From: an uncultured Clostridia bacterium | GTDB taxonomy: Bacteria > Bacillota > Clostridia > Oscillospirales > CAG-272 | Assembly: GCA_904501715.1 (NCBI GenBank) | Contig: CAJGCD010000002.1 | Location: 1 to 46,196 of the forward strand | Length of the DNA stretch: 46,196 nt | Direction: 5' to 3' | Shown here: one piece after another, positions 1 through 9,015 of the stretch | How positions within the stretch are numbered: the stretch's first letter is position 1 | Layout of the letters: the number at the start of each line of letters is the position of its first letter | Notes under the pieces: generated by a model | Database searches by the model: none | What the model saw: only the letters and a program-made list of their open reading frames with translations | Told to the model about the DNA's origin: nothing | Made by a program: the position numbers and the translations under genes

Positions 1-25
1 AAATAACTCCGCATAAATCTTATAT

Positions 26-61
26 AAAAAACCGCGCGAAAGCTTTTTCGTGCGGTTTTTT
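26..61. terminator. bidirectional rho-independent terminator hairpin
   Basis: 11-bp stem (31-41 pairs with 46-56, one G-T wobble) and a 4-nt loop, flanked by an A5 run and a T5 run. It lies 4 nt beyond the stop of the minus-strand XRE gene. Confidence 0.7.
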
Positions 62-64
62 ATA

Positions 65-268
65 TCAAACATCCTTAACGTACACCAATATATCCTCTAC
101 CCTGCAATCCAAATAGGTACACAAATCGTTCAAGGTCACAGTTGTTATAGGCTTATTATGCTTCAATCTATCAAGCAGACTTCTGCTGATATTAAAATCG
201 TTAATAAGCTTATAGGTGGTTATGCCTTTTTTCTTCAGGGTGTTATACAGCGGTTCATAGGAAATCAT
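65..268 (-). CDS. small XRE/Cro-C1 family HTH transcriptional regulator (YozG-like), 67 aa
   Basis: ORF 65..298 trimmed to the ATG at 268, which has a GGGAGGG SD (rc of 275-281) 6 nt upstream. The HTH core is ITTYKLINDFNISRSLLDRLKHNK. The C-terminal LNDLCTYLDCRVEDILVYV is typical of short YozG-type regulators. Confidence 0.8.
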   Translation of the reverse strand: MISYEPLYNTLKKKGITTYKLINDFNISRSLLDRLKHNKPITTVTLNDLCTYLDCRVEDILVYVKDV

Positions 269-324
269 ATTTAGCCCTCCCTTTTCTATCTTCGACAATT
301 TATATTATATTTATTATCTTTTTC

Positions 325-353
325 TTGACAATTGTCGATATATAGAGTATAAT
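325..353 (+). promoter_or_regulatory. sigma-A promoter with overlapping operator palindrome
   Basis: TTGACA (325-330), 17-nt spacer, TATAAT (348-353). The perfect palindrome GACAATTGTC (327-336) overlaps the -35. A third CGACAATT half-site lies at 293-300. Confidence 0.7.
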
Positions 354-391
354 AGAAGTGCCCTGAGAAAAATCAGAAGGAGAAGCATCTC

Positions 392-769
392 ATGAAGAAA
401 AAAGAAGTATCCGAATTAATGAAAAAATTTTATCTCTTTGGCTGCGGAGGCTTTGCAGTCGGTGCAGTACTTGCTGTAATTATGATATTTATAAACTCTA
501 TGTTAATGCCCATATTTTTAATGTTCGGCATGGCACCTGTGCTTGTTACATTTTTTACATTTTATACCAAGGCTAAAAAAATGGAAGCAAATGCTTGTAT
601 AAAATGCCCTTCGCCAAAGCAAACCGTTATAAGTGAGGATATACGCCTCCCCGATGAAACTATCGATGGTGTGCTTTGCGAGGTTCATCAGGTAACGCAC
701 ACCTGTCAGGATTGCGGTACTGAATACATCTGTACCGAATATAAGCGACTTAAGAAATCCAACAACTAA
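392..769 (+). CDS. hypothetical membrane protein with C-terminal zinc-ribbon-like Cys pairs
   Basis: AGGAG SD lies upstream. There are two hydrophobic helices (aa ~14-65), then CIKC...CQDC Cys pairs. It is divergent from the XRE gene. Confidence 0.6.
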   Translation: MKKKEVSELMKKFYLFGCGGFAVGAVLAVIMIFINSMLMPIFLMFGMAPVLVTFFTFYTKAKKMEANACIKCPSPKQTVISEDIRLPDETIDGVLCEVHQVTHTCQDCGTEYICTEYKRLKKSNN

Positions 770-796
770 AACATATCTCAGGGCAAAAATAATAAT

Positions 797-826
797 CCAC
801 CCGCATATGCGGGTGGTATTCCATTT
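797..826 (+). terminator. rho-independent terminator (weak T tract)
   Basis: Stem CCACCCGC (797-804), loop atat, stem GCGGGTGG (809-816), followed by tattccatttt. Confidence 0.5.
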
Positions 827-895
827 TGGGCATGGCCCTAATAAATTGTTACTTGCCACCCGTAAACGGGTTTACGTTAAATTCTATTATACATT

Positions 896-1062
896 GTAGG
901 GACAGGCGTCCCCGACTGTCCGCTTTAGCATAAATTCAATTTTTGCTCACACGGAAGCACCAAGGCACTCCCCTACCTATCTTAAAATGATGTTCAGCCA
1001 CTTTCCGTGAGTTTCGGCTTTACTTATCGTTTTTTCGGACAGTCGAGGACGCCTGTCCCTAC
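896..1062. repeat. REPIN/MITE-like element: two inverted GTAG-headed hairpin repeats flanking 113 bp
   Basis: GTAGGGACAGGCGTCCCCGACTGTCCG (896-922) and its inverted copy at 1036-1062 differ at 1 of 27 positions. Each copy folds as GGACAG-loop-CTGTCC. Confidence 0.75.
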
Positions 1063-1157
1063 AAACACTTTTCTTTGTTTTATTCTTAACCCTTTATTCT
1101 TTTTATTCTCATCGGTTAACATGTTTTGAACCCCGCCATCGCGTGGTTTTCGTTATA

Positions 1158-1197
1158 CAAAAACCCGCATCGGAAATTTTCCGATGCGGGTTTGTTT
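1158..1197. terminator. bidirectional rho-independent terminator (ends ldhA)
   Basis: AAACCCGCATCGGAAA (1161-1176) pairs with TTTCCGATGCGGGTTT (1178-1193). It directly abuts the ldhA stop at 1196-1198. Confidence 0.8.
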
Positions 1198-2191
1198 AAT
1201 CTATCAATATCTCATTGTCACATTTTCCGTTTTTGACTATATCCACGATGTTTTTGACCGTGGTCTCGGCAATATTCTCAAGCGCCTCCTCGGTAAGGAA
1301 AGCCTGATGGGAGCTTACTATGACGTTTGGCATAGATATGAGCCTTGCCAAGGTGTCATCCTCAAGTATATGCCCCGAAAAGTCCTCGAAGAAGAACTCG
1401 CTCTCCTCCTCGTAAACGTCAAGGCAGGCGGCTCCCACCTTTCTCGATTTTATCCCCGTCAAAAGCGCCTCGGCATCCACCAGCGCGCCTCGCGAGGTGT
1501 TAAGAATGACCACCCCTCGCTTGCATTTTTCAAGGGATGCTCCGTCGATTATGTGGTAAGTCTCCTCGGTAAGCGGGCAGTGGAGAGATATGATATCACT
1601 CTTTCTGAAAAGCTCGTCAAGCTCCACGTATCTTACAGTGTCGCCGTTGTCCAGCCCCTCTGCTCTGTACTTATCGTAAGCCAGAACCCTCATGCCAAAG
1701 CCGCGGCAGATATCTATAAACACTCTGCCTATACGTCCCGTACCTATAACTCCCACGGTTTTTCCGTGAAGGTCAAAGCCTGTCATTCCCGAAAGGCTGA
1801 AATTGAAATCTCGGGTACGGATATAAGCCTTGTGGATACGGCGAATTGAGGTGAGAAGCATCGCCATGGTATGCTCCGCCACGGCGTATGGCGAATACGC
1901 GGGAACTCTCAAAAGCCGCACCCTGCCCTTAGCATGCTTTAAGTCAACGTTATTAAAGCCCGCGCACCTGAGAGCAACTATGCTTATGCCCATCTCATTC
2001 AATCGGTCTATCACGGCGGCGTTCACAGTGTCATTGACAAATACGCACACCCCGTCAAAGCCGCCCGCCAGGTCAACGGTATCCTCGTTGAGCTTAGTCT
2101 CAAAATATTTGAATTCCACCCCGCTCACGCCACCGAATTTTTCAAAGGATGGCTTGTCGTAGGGCTTTGTATCAAAAAAAGCTATCTTCAT
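1196..2191 (-). CDS. ldhA: D-lactate dehydrogenase (D-isomer-specific 2-hydroxyacid dehydrogenase), 331 aa
   Basis: Start trimmed to the ATG at 2191 with a GGAGGAAG SD. It looks colinear with E. coli LdhA as recalled from memory: ALRCAGFNNVDL, RVPAYSPYAVAEH, GKTVGVIGTGRIG, SLHCPLT, NTSRGALVD, DVYEEE..FFFED, SSHQAFLTEEAL. Confidence 0.9.
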   Translation of the reverse strand: MKIAFFDTKPYDKPSFEKFGGVSGVEFKYFETKLNEDTVDLAGGFDGVCVFVNDTVNAAVIDRLNEMGISIVALRCAGFNNVDLKHAKGRVRLLRVPAYSPYAVAEHTMAMLLTSIRRIHKAYIRTRDFNFSLSGMTGFDLHGKTVGVIGTGRIGRVFIDICRGFGMRVLAYDKYRAEGLDNGDTVRYVELDELFRKSDIISLHCPLTEETYHIIDGASLEKCKRGVVILNTSRGALVDAEALLTGIKSRKVGAACLDVYEEESEFFFEDFSGHILEDDTLARLISMPNVIVSSHQAFLTEEALENIAETTVKNIVDIVKNGKCDNEILID

Positions 2192-2307
2192 TCTTCCTCC
2201 AATAATATATTTCCTTAATGATAATCTTTCCAATTTTTCGTGTTTTTTTCGTCACGGTCAAATATTTATAAAGAAAAAGCTGTCAACTCAGAACAGCTTT
2301 TCTTTTT

Positions 2308-3243
2308 TTACAGACTTACCAATACTATAGCGACAACTACCACCACAAGTCCTACTATCTTTTTGACAGTGACCCTATCCTTAAATACTATAACGTCCAA
2401 AAGGAACGTACCCACTACGGTAAGTCCTCTGGAAAGCGGATAGTAAATGGCTGACGGAAGCTGAGCCGCGTATGAGGTAAACAGCTCTGCTACGTAAAGA
2501 GAAACCGCCGCTATCAGTATATATGCCCATACCTTCTTGTAGGGATACTCGACCTTGGCAGCGCTGCCATCCGACACGGACGCCGAGACGCGCTTGCTTT
2601 CTGTTTTACGGTAAACGGCGAAAAGCATCAAAAACACCGCAAGCACCGTTACGAAATTTATAAAGGTAAAATATTCGATAGTACCAAGTCCCCTCTGGGA
2701 AATATGGTAAGTATAATACTTCTTAAATATGGAAGCCACGGTGATGCTGAGAGCGCACACCGATATTATTACTACCTTCAAGGCAAGGCTTCCCTTATGC
2801 TTTGCTTCCTTTTCCTTGCTCATAAAAAGGAATACGGAAATGAATATCAGCGCACAGCCTATCCATTGCAGAGGCGAAACGCTGTCTCCGTCGTAAAGGA
2901 ACGGAGCGAGTATCAGCGGGATCACAAGAGAGCCTATCATACTAACGCTCTCTATGAGCGTAAGAGGTACAAGCCTTGAGGAAAGTATCCATGTGAAAAG
3001 ATTGAACGCCGTACCTACTGCCGAGATTATTATGATGATATGTCCGAAAAGCGTGGTAGTGCTTCCGTCGGTCACGAGCCAGATAATAAGACTGACCAAA
3101 AGACATATAAGCGAGCGCATCAGGTTTATACAAACGCTGTTAAACGCGCCGGGCGCGAGCCCTCCGCACCTTTTCATAGCAAATTGCTTTCCGCAGATCC
3201 CTAACTGAGCCAGAAGCAAAGCTCCATAAAACAGTATATCCAT
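2308..3243 (-). CDS. DMT-superfamily (EamA-like) 10-TM transporter
   Basis: 311 aa and uniformly hydrophobic, with about 10 predicted helices arranged as two 5-TM halves. The substrate is unknown. Confidence 0.6.
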   Translation of the reverse strand: MDILFYGALLLAQLGICGKQFAMKRCGGLAPGAFNSVCINLMRSLICLLVSLIIWLVTDGSTTTLFGHIIIIISAVGTAFNLFTWILSSRLVPLTLIESVSMIGSLVIPLILAPFLYDGDSVSPLQWIGCALIFISVFLFMSKEKEAKHKGSLALKVVIISVCALSITVASIFKKYYTYHISQRGLGTIEYFTFINFVTVLAVFLMLFAVYRKTESKRVSASVSDGSAAKVEYPYKKVWAYILIAAVSLYVAELFTSYAAQLPSAIYYPLSRGLTVVGTFLLDVIVFKDRVTVKKIVGLVVVVVAIVLVSL

Positions 3244-3275
3244 AAAAAGTACGAAACCTTCTTAAACAGCCCTTA

Positions 3276-4091
3276 TTATTCGTGATATCCTCTCTCGCGA
3301 AGCAGCTGAAGAACTACGTCGGGATTATTACAGGTAATAAGCGTTGCCTTGTTTGCGATAGCCATATCCACGCCCTCGGCATCCTTAACGCAAGCGCCTG
3401 CCCAAGGCTGAGGTCCGCACTTTGCCATAGCTGCAAACTCCTCGGGAGTCGCCATATTAAGTTTGCAGGCAAAGGAGCCCTTGAACATACAGGTGCAATA
3501 TCCGTAGGAATAGGGGTCAAGAGTCTGCTCTCCGCCCATTACGTGGCTGGGATAGTAAACGTGCTGGCGGTACTTTTTACCGTGCTTCTTGTATATGTAT
3601 TCGTTAAGAGGATTAGAGAAAGAATTAAGAACTACTCTGTCGGCATATCCGTACTCGTCCACCATAGCCAGAACTCTGTCGCATACGTCATAGGCTATGA
3701 CCTCGTTGCCGGGGGTGTTGGGGTACTCCTTAAGCTCTATGTCAAGAGTGAGAGTGGGATGGTCCTTAACAAGGTCCATAAACTCCTTGAAGGTGGGTAT
3801 CTTCGTTCCCTTGAATTCCTCTCCCTTATATGAGCCCGCGTCAAGCTCAAGAAGCTGTGCAAGAGTCTTTTCATTCACCTTGCCCGTTCCGTCCGTAGTG
3901 CGGTCAACGGTAGCGTCGTGTATGATGACCAGCTCGTTGTCTGCTGTCACTCTCACGTCTATCTCCACCTGATCAACGCCAAGCTCTATTGCCTTTTCAA
4001 AGGCGATCATAGTATTCTCGGGATATTTTGCACACCATCCTCTGTGTGCCGCAACGTAGATATTCTTTTCACTTTGCTTCCAGTAATTCAT
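3276..4091 (-). CDS. glycerophosphodiester phosphodiesterase (GDPD family), canonical active site
   Basis: Start trimmed to the ATG at 4091 (GAGGAGAA SD). Motifs seen are AAHRG..YPENT, VEIDVRVTADNELVIIHDATVDRTTDGTG. Confidence 0.85.
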   Translation of the reverse strand: MNYWKQSEKNIYVAAHRGWCAKYPENTMIAFEKAIELGVDQVEIDVRVTADNELVIIHDATVDRTTDGTGKVNEKTLAQLLELDAGSYKGEEFKGTKIPTFKEFMDLVKDHPTLTLDIELKEYPNTPGNEVIAYDVCDRVLAMVDEYGYADRVVLNSFSNPLNEYIYKKHGKKYRQHVYYPSHVMGGEQTLDPYSYGYCTCMFKGSFACKLNMATPEEFAAMAKCGPQPWAGACVKDAEGVDMAIANKATLITCNNPDVVLQLLRERGYHE

Positions 4092-4207
4092 AATATTCTC
4101 CTCGCTCAAATATTTTTTGCGCTTTGTGGCGCTTGTCACATAAAGCGTTTATTGTTTTCGTTAAGTTTATCACAAATGCCCATCACTGTCAAGCGATTGC
4201 GAAAAAA

Positions 4208-4960
4208 TTATCCCAGCATAACGTCGGTAATGAGCATTACGCAAAATCCCACCAGCAGCGCGTAGGTAGCGCCTCGCTGATGCCCGTGCGCATGTGTTTC
4301 GGGTATCATTTCGTCGCTTATGACGTAAAGCATAGTTCCGCCCGCGAAGGCAAGAGCAAAGGGCAGAATAAAGGATGCCACAGTGACGGCAAAATAACCT
4401 ATAAGCGTGCCTACCACCTCAATAAGTCCTGTAAGCATGGCAATAAAGAAGGTCCTCGACGGCTTCACTCCCGCCGCAAGCATGGGCGAGATTATCACCA
4501 TACCCTCGGGTATATTCTGCAAGGCTATACCGCCCGCTATGACCAAGGCTCCCGCGGTATCACCCGAGCCAAAGCCCACTCCCGCGGCTATACCCTCGGG
4601 AAGATTATGTATTGCTATGGCGCTGACAAAGAGCAGCACCTTGCTAAGATTTGCGTTGGAGTGGCTCTCCGACTCCTGACCCGCCAGCCTATGAAGATGC
4701 GGTACAAGCTTGTCTATAAGATTAAGGCACAGCGCTCCCGCGAATATTCCTGCCACCGTCATAAAAATACCGTAGCTTCTTCCGTTCTCCAAGGAGGGCA
4801 CAATAAGCCCAAGCACAGCCGCCGCCAGCATAACCCCCGCCGCAAAGGATAGAACTATGTCAGAAAAGCTATGGGATATTTTTTTGAAAGCAAAGCCGAT
4901 TACGGCACCTATAACGGTAGCTCCGCCTACTCCCAAGGCGGTCAGCAGCACAAGCTCCAT
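4208..4960 (-). CDS. ZIP family metal (zinc) transporter, ZupT/GufA-like
   Basis: 250 aa polytopic protein carrying HNLPEGIA and LQNIPEGM motifs. Confidence 0.85.
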   Translation of the reverse strand: MELVLLTALGVGGATVIGAVIGFAFKKISHSFSDIVLSFAAGVMLAAAVLGLIVPSLENGRSYGIFMTVAGIFAGALCLNLIDKLVPHLHRLAGQESESHSNANLSKVLLFVSAIAIHNLPEGIAAGVGFGSGDTAGALVIAGGIALQNIPEGMVIISPMLAAGVKPSRTFFIAMLTGLIEVVGTLIGYFAVTVASFILPFALAFAGGTMLYVISDEMIPETHAHGHQRGATYALLVGFCVMLITDVMLG

Positions 4961-4977
4961 TATCTATCCTTTCCGAA

Positions 4978-5013
4978 AACCGCCTTCTCTGCCGTTTTTG
5001 CAGAGAGGGCGGT
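4978..5013 (-). terminator. rho-independent terminator after the phosphofructokinase gene
   Basis: ACCGCCTTCTCTGC / GCAGAGAGGGCGGT stem. On the minus strand it is followed by TTTTCGG, and it lies only ~15 nt upstream of the ZIP start codon. Confidence 0.7.
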
Positions 5014-5038
5014 CGTTCTTTGTTTGTAATTTACCCCA

Positions 5039-6283
5039 TCAAAGAATGAGATATTGAGGAATTCCCTTATAATACGTGGGGGTAGCCTCACCCTCAATAA
5101 GAGGAAGTATATATCGGCAGCACTCCTCGGTAACAAAATCTCCCTTGTCGTTTATAAACTCGTCGGGCACAAATTTGACCTTGTTGGCTATATCCGCCAC
5201 TCTTCTGTGTCCTATGGCTGCGCAGTAGGGCGCGTCGGAAACCCGCTCGAATACCATCATATCTCCGCTGACTCCCTGCTCGGTAGCCGCGCGGACAGCT
5301 TCCTTTCCTATTGCTACGGATTCATTGATATCGGTCTTTGAAAAGAGATGTCCCGCACAGCGCTGAGGCAGATTAAGCTCCACCGCTCTTACCTTACATC
5401 CAAATCTCAGCTTGACCGCCATTTCAAGGGCTTTCGCCGTTCCCGACAGATATTTGTGTCCAAACACGTCGGCACTGCCGCTCTGAGTGCTCTCTCCCAC
5501 GTAACGTCCGTCGGCAAAGCGGATACCCTCTGACACCGCTATCACAAGATTGGGATGCTTCCTGAAGGCATTCTCCACCGAGTCGTAAAAGGCGTTCATA
5601 TCAAAGACCCTCTCGGGCAGATACACAAGGTCGGGGGCCTGTCCGTTTATGACCGAGCCTACGGCAGATGCGGCTGTCAGCCAGCCCGCGTCTCTTCCCA
5701 TTATCTCAACAATGGTCACCGCCTTAGTGGTATATACGGCACAGTCGCGGATTATCTCCTGCATAGTGGTGGCTACGTATTTTGCAGCCGAGCCGTACCC
5801 GGGGGTATGGTCTGTCTCTATAAGGTCATTATCTATCGTCTTGGGTATTCCCACCACGCGGATATCGTAGCCTATCTTCTCTCCGAATGCCGATATCTTT
5901 GCCACGGTGTCCATAGAATCGTTACCGCCTATATAGAAGAAATACCTTATATCATTTTCGGCAAATATGCGAAATATCTTCTCAAATACCACAATATCGG
6001 TATCCGATGCCGAATTGGGGTCGGGCAGCTTCATACGGCAGGAGCCCAGCGCCGCCGCGGGAGTGCGTTCAAGCATCCTCAGCTTTTCCGAATCGTTAAG
6101 TGTCTCGTTGAGATTTATTATCCTTCTCTCCATCAAGCCCTCAACACCGTTTCTCATTCCGTATATAGTACGTATATATTTACTGGCGATAGCACCCTTG
6201 ACCACGCCCGTAAGCGTAGCGTTTATAGCGGTGGTCGGTCCTCCCGACTGTCCTACTATGGCATTTCCGAAAAGCTCTTTCAT
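5039..6283 (-). CDS. 6-phosphofructokinase, long Clostridia type (probably PPi-dependent)
   Basis: Motifs seen are GQSGGPT, IGGNDS, IPKTIDNDL and MGRDAGWL. The Lys in PKTIDND is the signature usually linked to PPi-PFKs. A GGAGGA SD is present. Confidence 0.85.
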   Translation of the reverse strand: MKELFGNAIVGQSGGPTTAINATLTGVVKGAIASKYIRTIYGMRNGVEGLMERRIINLNETLNDSEKLRMLERTPAAALGSCRMKLPDPNSASDTDIVVFEKIFRIFAENDIRYFFYIGGNDSMDTVAKISAFGEKIGYDIRVVGIPKTIDNDLIETDHTPGYGSAAKYVATTMQEIIRDCAVYTTKAVTIVEIMGRDAGWLTAASAVGSVINGQAPDLVYLPERVFDMNAFYDSVENAFRKHPNLVIAVSEGIRFADGRYVGESTQSGSADVFGHKYLSGTAKALEMAVKLRFGCKVRAVELNLPQRCAGHLFSKTDINESVAIGKEAVRAATEQGVSGDMMVFERVSDAPYCAAIGHRRVADIANKVKFVPDEFINDKGDFVTEECCRYILPLIEGEATPTYYKGIPQYLIL

Positions 6284-6380
6284 TTTTTCCTCCGAGAATA
6301 TTTTTCTTTCATCTTATCTTTTTTGCATCTACCGCATAATATTTAGCGAGCACAATTGAAAATTCAAAAGGAGAAATCTT

Positions 6381-7058
6381 ATGTTTACAAGTATCCTGTC
6401 CCTTTTTTCAAGCTTTATCAATCTTATCCTTGGCATCAACACGCCCGGCAACTATCCCCCTCCCCTTCCCGCGGAAGAGGAGCACAGGCTTTTCCTCAAA
6501 GCCGAGGACGGTGAGAGCGCGGCGCGTGAGAAGCTGATACTTCACAACCTGCGGCTGGTGTCCCATATCGTGAGAAAATACTATTCCTCCGCCAAGAACC
6601 AAGAGGACCTGGTATCCATAGGAACCATAGGTCTTATAAAGGCGGTAGACAGCTTTCACGTAAGCACGGGTGCCCGTTTTGCCACCTACGCGGCAAAATG
6701 TATACAAAACGAGATACTTATGCACTTCCGTTCTCAGAAAAAGCTTGCCGCCGAGGTGTCGCTCAGCGACACCATAGACGTAGACCGTGACGGGAATCCC
6801 CTTACTTATATGGACGTAGTCTGCACCGAGGAATCACTGGATTCCGAGGTAGCCAAAAAGCTCTACTCCGACAAGGCTATGCGCCTCATTTCCACCGTGC
6901 TCGATGCGCGAAGCAAGAAAATAATCGCTATGCGCTACGGACTTGGGGGCAGAAAGCCTCTGACTCAGCGTCAGGTAGCCGAGCGCCTTGGCATCTCCCG
7001 CTCTTACGTAAGCCGCATCGAGAAAAGTGCTCTGTCGAAGCTGAAAAATTATTTTTAA
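6381..7058 (+). CDS. sigK: sporulation sigma factor, SigK-like (pro-sigma with N-terminal pro-sequence)
   Basis: AAAGGAG SD. A hydrophobic pro-sequence ends at ..[37 protein letters not shown] and [14 protein letters not shown] match SigK better than SigE. The gene is uninterrupted. Confidence 0.75.
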   Translation: MFTSILSLFSSFINLILGINTPGNYPPPLPAEEEHRLFLKAEDGESAAREKLILHNLRLVSHIVRKYYSSAKNQEDLVSIGTIGLIKAVDSFHVSTGARFATYAAKCIQNEILMHFRSQKKLAAEVSLSDTIDVDRDGNPLTYMDVVCTEESLDSEVAKKLYSDKAMRLISTVLDARSKKIIAMRYGLGGRKPLTQRQVAERLGISRSYVSRIEKSALSKLKNYF

Positions 7059-8419
7059 TTCTTAAGCGAGTGTATAGGCGCGGGAACTCTGCCGCCTCTT
7101 GCTATGAAATCTGCGCAGGAGTACTCGCTGACCTTCATTATGGGCGCATAGCCCAGAAGTCCGCCGAACTCCACAGACTCGCCTACCGTCTTACCGTATG
7201 CGGGAATAATTCTCACCGCCGTGGTCTTGGTGTTAGCAACACCGATAGATATCTCGTCGGCAATGATACCGCATATGGTGGACGCAGGTGTATCTCCCGG
7301 CACTGCTATCATATCAAGTCCCACCGAGCAGACCGCGGTCATAGCCTCAAGCTTCTCAAGTGTAAGCGAGCCCACTCTTGCCGCATCTATCATACCCGCA
7401 TCCTCTGAAACGGGAATAAACGCGCCCGAAAGTCCGCCAACGTGTGAGGAAGCCATGACTCCGCCCTTCTTTACCGCGTCATTGAGCAGAGCAAGAGCGG
7501 CGGTAGTTCCGTGAGTTCCGCACTTCTCAAGTCCCATTCCCTCAAGTATGTAGGCAACCGAGTCGCCCACAGCGGGGGTGGGAGCGAGGGAAAGGTCCAC
7601 TATACCAAAGGGCACGCCAAGACGCTTCGACGCCTCGGTAGCCACAAGCTGACCCATTCTGGTTATCTTGAATGCGGTCTTTTTTATTACGTCGGCAAGC
7701 TCGGAGAAATTGCAATTTCCCGCTCTCTTTATAGCCGAGCTTACCACTCCGGGGCCCGAAACGCCTACGTTTATAACCGTTTCAGCCTCCCCGACACCGT
7801 GGAAGGCGCCCGCCATAAAGGGGTTGTCCTCGGGAACGTTGGCGAATACCACCAGCTTGGCGCAGCCCATTGACTGGTTATCGCGAGTCAGATAAGCCGC
7901 CTCCTTGATAACGTGACCCATCATAGCCACCGCATCCATATTGATGCCCGCCTTGGTTGACGCCACGTTTACCGAGGAGCATACCCGCTCGGTACAAGCC
8001 AGAGCCTCGGGTATTGCGGCTATAAGATTTCTCGCGTTATCCGTAAAGCCCTTCTGCACCAGCGCGCTGAAGCCGCCGATAAAATTGATACCCAGCGTCT
8101 TTGCCGCCCTGTCAAGCGTCTTTGCTATCTTTATGTAATCATCCTTTGTATATCTGCCGCCCACCAGGGATATAGGAGTCACCGAAACACGCTTGTTTAT
8201 TATCGGTATTCCGTACTCCTTCTCAATGTCACAGCCCACCTTTACAAGGTCACGCGCCTTTGCGGTTATCTTGTCATAGATGCGCTGGCAGACCGTATCT
8301 ATATCATCGCCCGCGCAATCGTAAAGCGAGATACCCATAGTTATGGTCCTTATGTCAAGGTTTTCCTCCTTGATCATATTTATGGTTTCAAAAATATCGT
8401 CAAAACTGAGTAGATTCAA
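7055..8419 (-). CDS. UPF0210 (DUF711, PFL-like) family protein
   Basis: 454 aa starting with ..[22 protein letters not shown], the family hallmark. The apparent start is a TTG at 8419. It is paired with an upstream ACT protein, as is usual for this family. Confidence 0.8.
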   Translation of the reverse strand: MNLLSFDDIFETINMIKEENLDIRTITMGISLYDCAGDDIDTVCQRIYDKITAKARDLVKVGCDIEKEYGIPIINKRVSVTPISLVGGRYTKDDYIKIAKTLDRAAKTLGINFIGGFSALVQKGFTDNARNLIAAIPEALACTERVCSSVNVASTKAGINMDAVAMMGHVIKEAAYLTRDNQSMGCAKLVVFANVPEDNPFMAGAFHGVGEAETVINVGVSGPGVVSSAIKRAGNCNFSELADVIKKTAFKITRMGQLVATEASKRLGVPFGIVDLSLAPTPAVGDSVAYILEGMGLEKCGTHGTTAALALLNDAVKKGGVMASSHVGGLSGAFIPVSEDAGMIDAARVGSLTLEKLEAMTAVCSVGLDMIAVPGDTPASTICGIIADEISIGVANTKTTAVRIIPAYGKTVGESVEFGGLLGYAPIMKVSEYSCADFIARGGRVPAPIHSLKN

Positions 8420-8448
8420 AATCCTTTCCGCCTTTCGTCCTCAAGCAC

Positions 8449-8718
8449 TCATATTCTGTGCATGGAATTAAAAATATCCTCGTGCATGGTTCGGATGTCG
8501 AGTCCCGCATCCTCTCCCAGCTTCTTCATCTCATCCACGAATGACGTAAAGGGGATGCTTATGTCGGATATGTCTATCACCATTATCATAGCGAAATATT
8601 CCTTCAAAACACTCTGTGATATTTCTACTATGTTTGCCCCCGATTCCGCGCACTTTGCGCTTACCTTTGCTATTATTCCCTTGCTGTCGTGTCCGACCAC
8701 GGTTATTATCGCATTCAT
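8449..8718 (-). CDS. ACT domain-containing protein (UPF0237)
   Basis: 89 aa beginning MNAIITVVGHDSKGIIAKVS. AAGGAAG SD. It is the first gene of a two-gene operon with the UPF0210 gene. Confidence 0.8.
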   Translation of the reverse strand: MNAIITVVGHDSKGIIAKVSAKCAESGANIVEISQSVLKEYFAMIMVIDISDISIPFTSFVDEMKKLGEDAGLDIRTMHEDIFNSMHRI

Positions 8719-8767
8719 ATCGCACTTCCTTAATCAATTATTATGAGCCATTATCTCATACGTCTTT

Positions 8768-8796
8768 ATTATAACACAAATCGCCTTTTTTTGCAA
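8768..8796 (-). promoter_or_regulatory. sigma-A promoter of the ACT/UPF0210 operon
   Basis: On the minus strand: TTGCAA (8791-8796), 17-nt spacer, TATAAT (8768-8773). Confidence 0.6.
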
Positions 8797-8943
8797 CCGA
8801 TTTTTCGCAAATGGGGACGACAAAATTCCTGACCGCTCAATAGACTTCGTCAAGCTTTTACCAAGGACGACATATTGTTCCTTTTTTTGTGTTGAAAAAT
8901 AAAATTATCTTTCGAATACGCACTAAATATTTTATGTATTTTA

Positions 8944-8972
8944 TTGACTAATTTTCCATATATTGGTATAAT
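8944..8972 (+). promoter_or_regulatory. consensus sigma-A promoter of the 1411-aa ORF
   Basis: TTGACT (8944-8949), 17-nt spacer, TATAAT (8967-8972). Confidence 0.75.
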
Positions 8973-9015
8973 ACTTTTATGAAAGCTAAATTTTTCGGAG
9001 GATAGCAAAAAACAT

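Noticed and set aside
2192-2300. Possible Rex-type operator upstream of ldhA (GTGACGAAAAAAACAC).
   Set aside because: It does not match the TTGTGAA-N4-6-TTCACAA consensus beyond a GTG/CAC pair.
6284-6380. Possible mother-cell (SigE/SigK-type) promoter upstream of sigK, based on CATAATAT at ~6337-6344.
   Set aside because: The match to the CATA---TA / CATACA-T consensus is partial, and no convincing -35 partner was found. It cannot be supported by eye.
6381-7058. Checked sigK for interruption by a skin-like intervening element.
   Set aside because: The ORF is continuous from the pro-sequence through region 4 (225 aa), so no insertion is present.
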